A DNA stretch of 64,000 nucleotides, taken from the NCBI GenBank assembly GCA_964016885.1, contig OZ024747.1, forward strand, positions 89,094,001-89,158,000. The letters run 5' to 3'. Source of the DNA: Eledone cirrhosa. Its lineage: Eukaryota. Below are positions 63,085 through 64,000 of the stretch, piece after piece. The notes beneath the pieces are model-generated. The model made no database searches and was not told where the DNA came from. It worked only from the letters and a program-made list of their open reading frames with translations. Position numbers and translations under genes: made by a program. Positions within the stretch are counted from its first letter, which is position 1, and the number at the start of each line of letters is the position of its first letter.

Positions 63085-63770
63085 TGGTATTTATGTGGAT
63101 ACTTTAGTCCTCACCCATACCTTCTTCAGTTGTTGGAGATTGCTCTCCACTTCTTTCGGTCCAGGGCCATCTGCTCAAAGGTCTTTAAAGGTATGCCAAC
63201 AGTATCAAGATTACCCTTTGGATTGTCCTTATACCTGAGACATGGCTTTCTTACATTTATTTTACCACAGTGAAGCTGATTGTAAATGAGGACTTGAGAT
63301 ATTCAATTGTCACTCACTCTGATGATATGGTCAGCCCATCATATCAATGTCGCAATGCTTCCAATTTTTCACTTTGTGAAAAGAATAGCATTTAAGATCT
63401 TATCTTCAAGTGTGTAACCATAAATTGTACAAGGGCAACCCTTGTGGAACACATGCAACTGATTTATGTGTGTGTGATTTGGAGTCTAGGACTGAGATCC
63501 ATACAAAAGGGTGGTGAGCACAACAGTTTTGTATAATGTTGGTTTCCAGCTTTATGCCTCTCTTATTCCAGAGACGATGATGGAGTTCACCAAATGCTTT
63601 GGCAATTTGATGGACAATCTGAAGGCTATAGGAAAAGACACTTGCCCAAGGAAACCATGATTACACAGCCATGCATGTGCTTTTATCAACATTTGTGGTT
63701 TGAGAGCATAGTTTATCAATGGAAGATGACAAACTATAATATCAATCTTTCCACTTGAATACAAATCAAA
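63085..63770 (-). pseudogene. Decayed RTE (BovB-like) ORF2 3' part
   Basis: Minus strand WADHIIRV...KPCLRYKDNPKGNL...FEQMALDRKKWR with stops. Confidence 0.65.
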
Positions 63771-64000
63771 TAGCTAGAAATAGGAATAAAATATTTTCAC
63801 ACATAGTGAAAGAATTTCTCAGCTAAAATTGTAAAAAAACAAGAACATTAATAATGATGATGATGAAAGGAAGACATTGCCAAAAGTAAATAAATATTAG
63901 AATCATTTTGTTTTTTATTAAACAAAATGTATAAGTATAGTCAGATATTAATTCACAGACCATTTGTAGAAAATATTAAAAAGGTTAGAAAATTATTATA

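Overview
AT-rich, repeat-dominated animal genomic DNA. The repeat inventory (huge (TA)n/(TACA)n arrays, Nin-domain tRNA-derived SINEs, RTE LINE tails ending in (GAT)n) suggests an octopus or other cephalopod; this is inference, not a database result. No host protein-coding exon could be identified with confidence, and nearly all long ORFs in the track are microsatellite artefacts. The recognisable coding sequence is all transposon-derived: a 5'-truncated CR1-type RT (1954-2769), two near-identical RTE ORF2 ends (one carrying a PHD-like finger), a Penelope GIY-YIG endonuclease (14500-15138, minus strand), a decayed hAT/Buster transposase and older RTE fragments. There are several MITE families (TTAA/piggyBac-like, hAT with an 8-bp TSD, Tc1/mariner, and one with GG termini and a 5-bp TSD), a candidate solo LTR, a likely Pol II promoter at ~37.4 kb (YY1, CRE, GC box, CCAAT), and an ~11.7-kb TA satellite containing a 200-N gap. 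The most interesting signal is a set of type I hammerhead-ribozyme motifs, intact and decayed, from several sequence-unrelated families. They sit in short Penelope-like insertions embedded in (TA)n, often with an inverted copy of their own end. The best one (13690-13830) has a complete core and a very long stem II insert.
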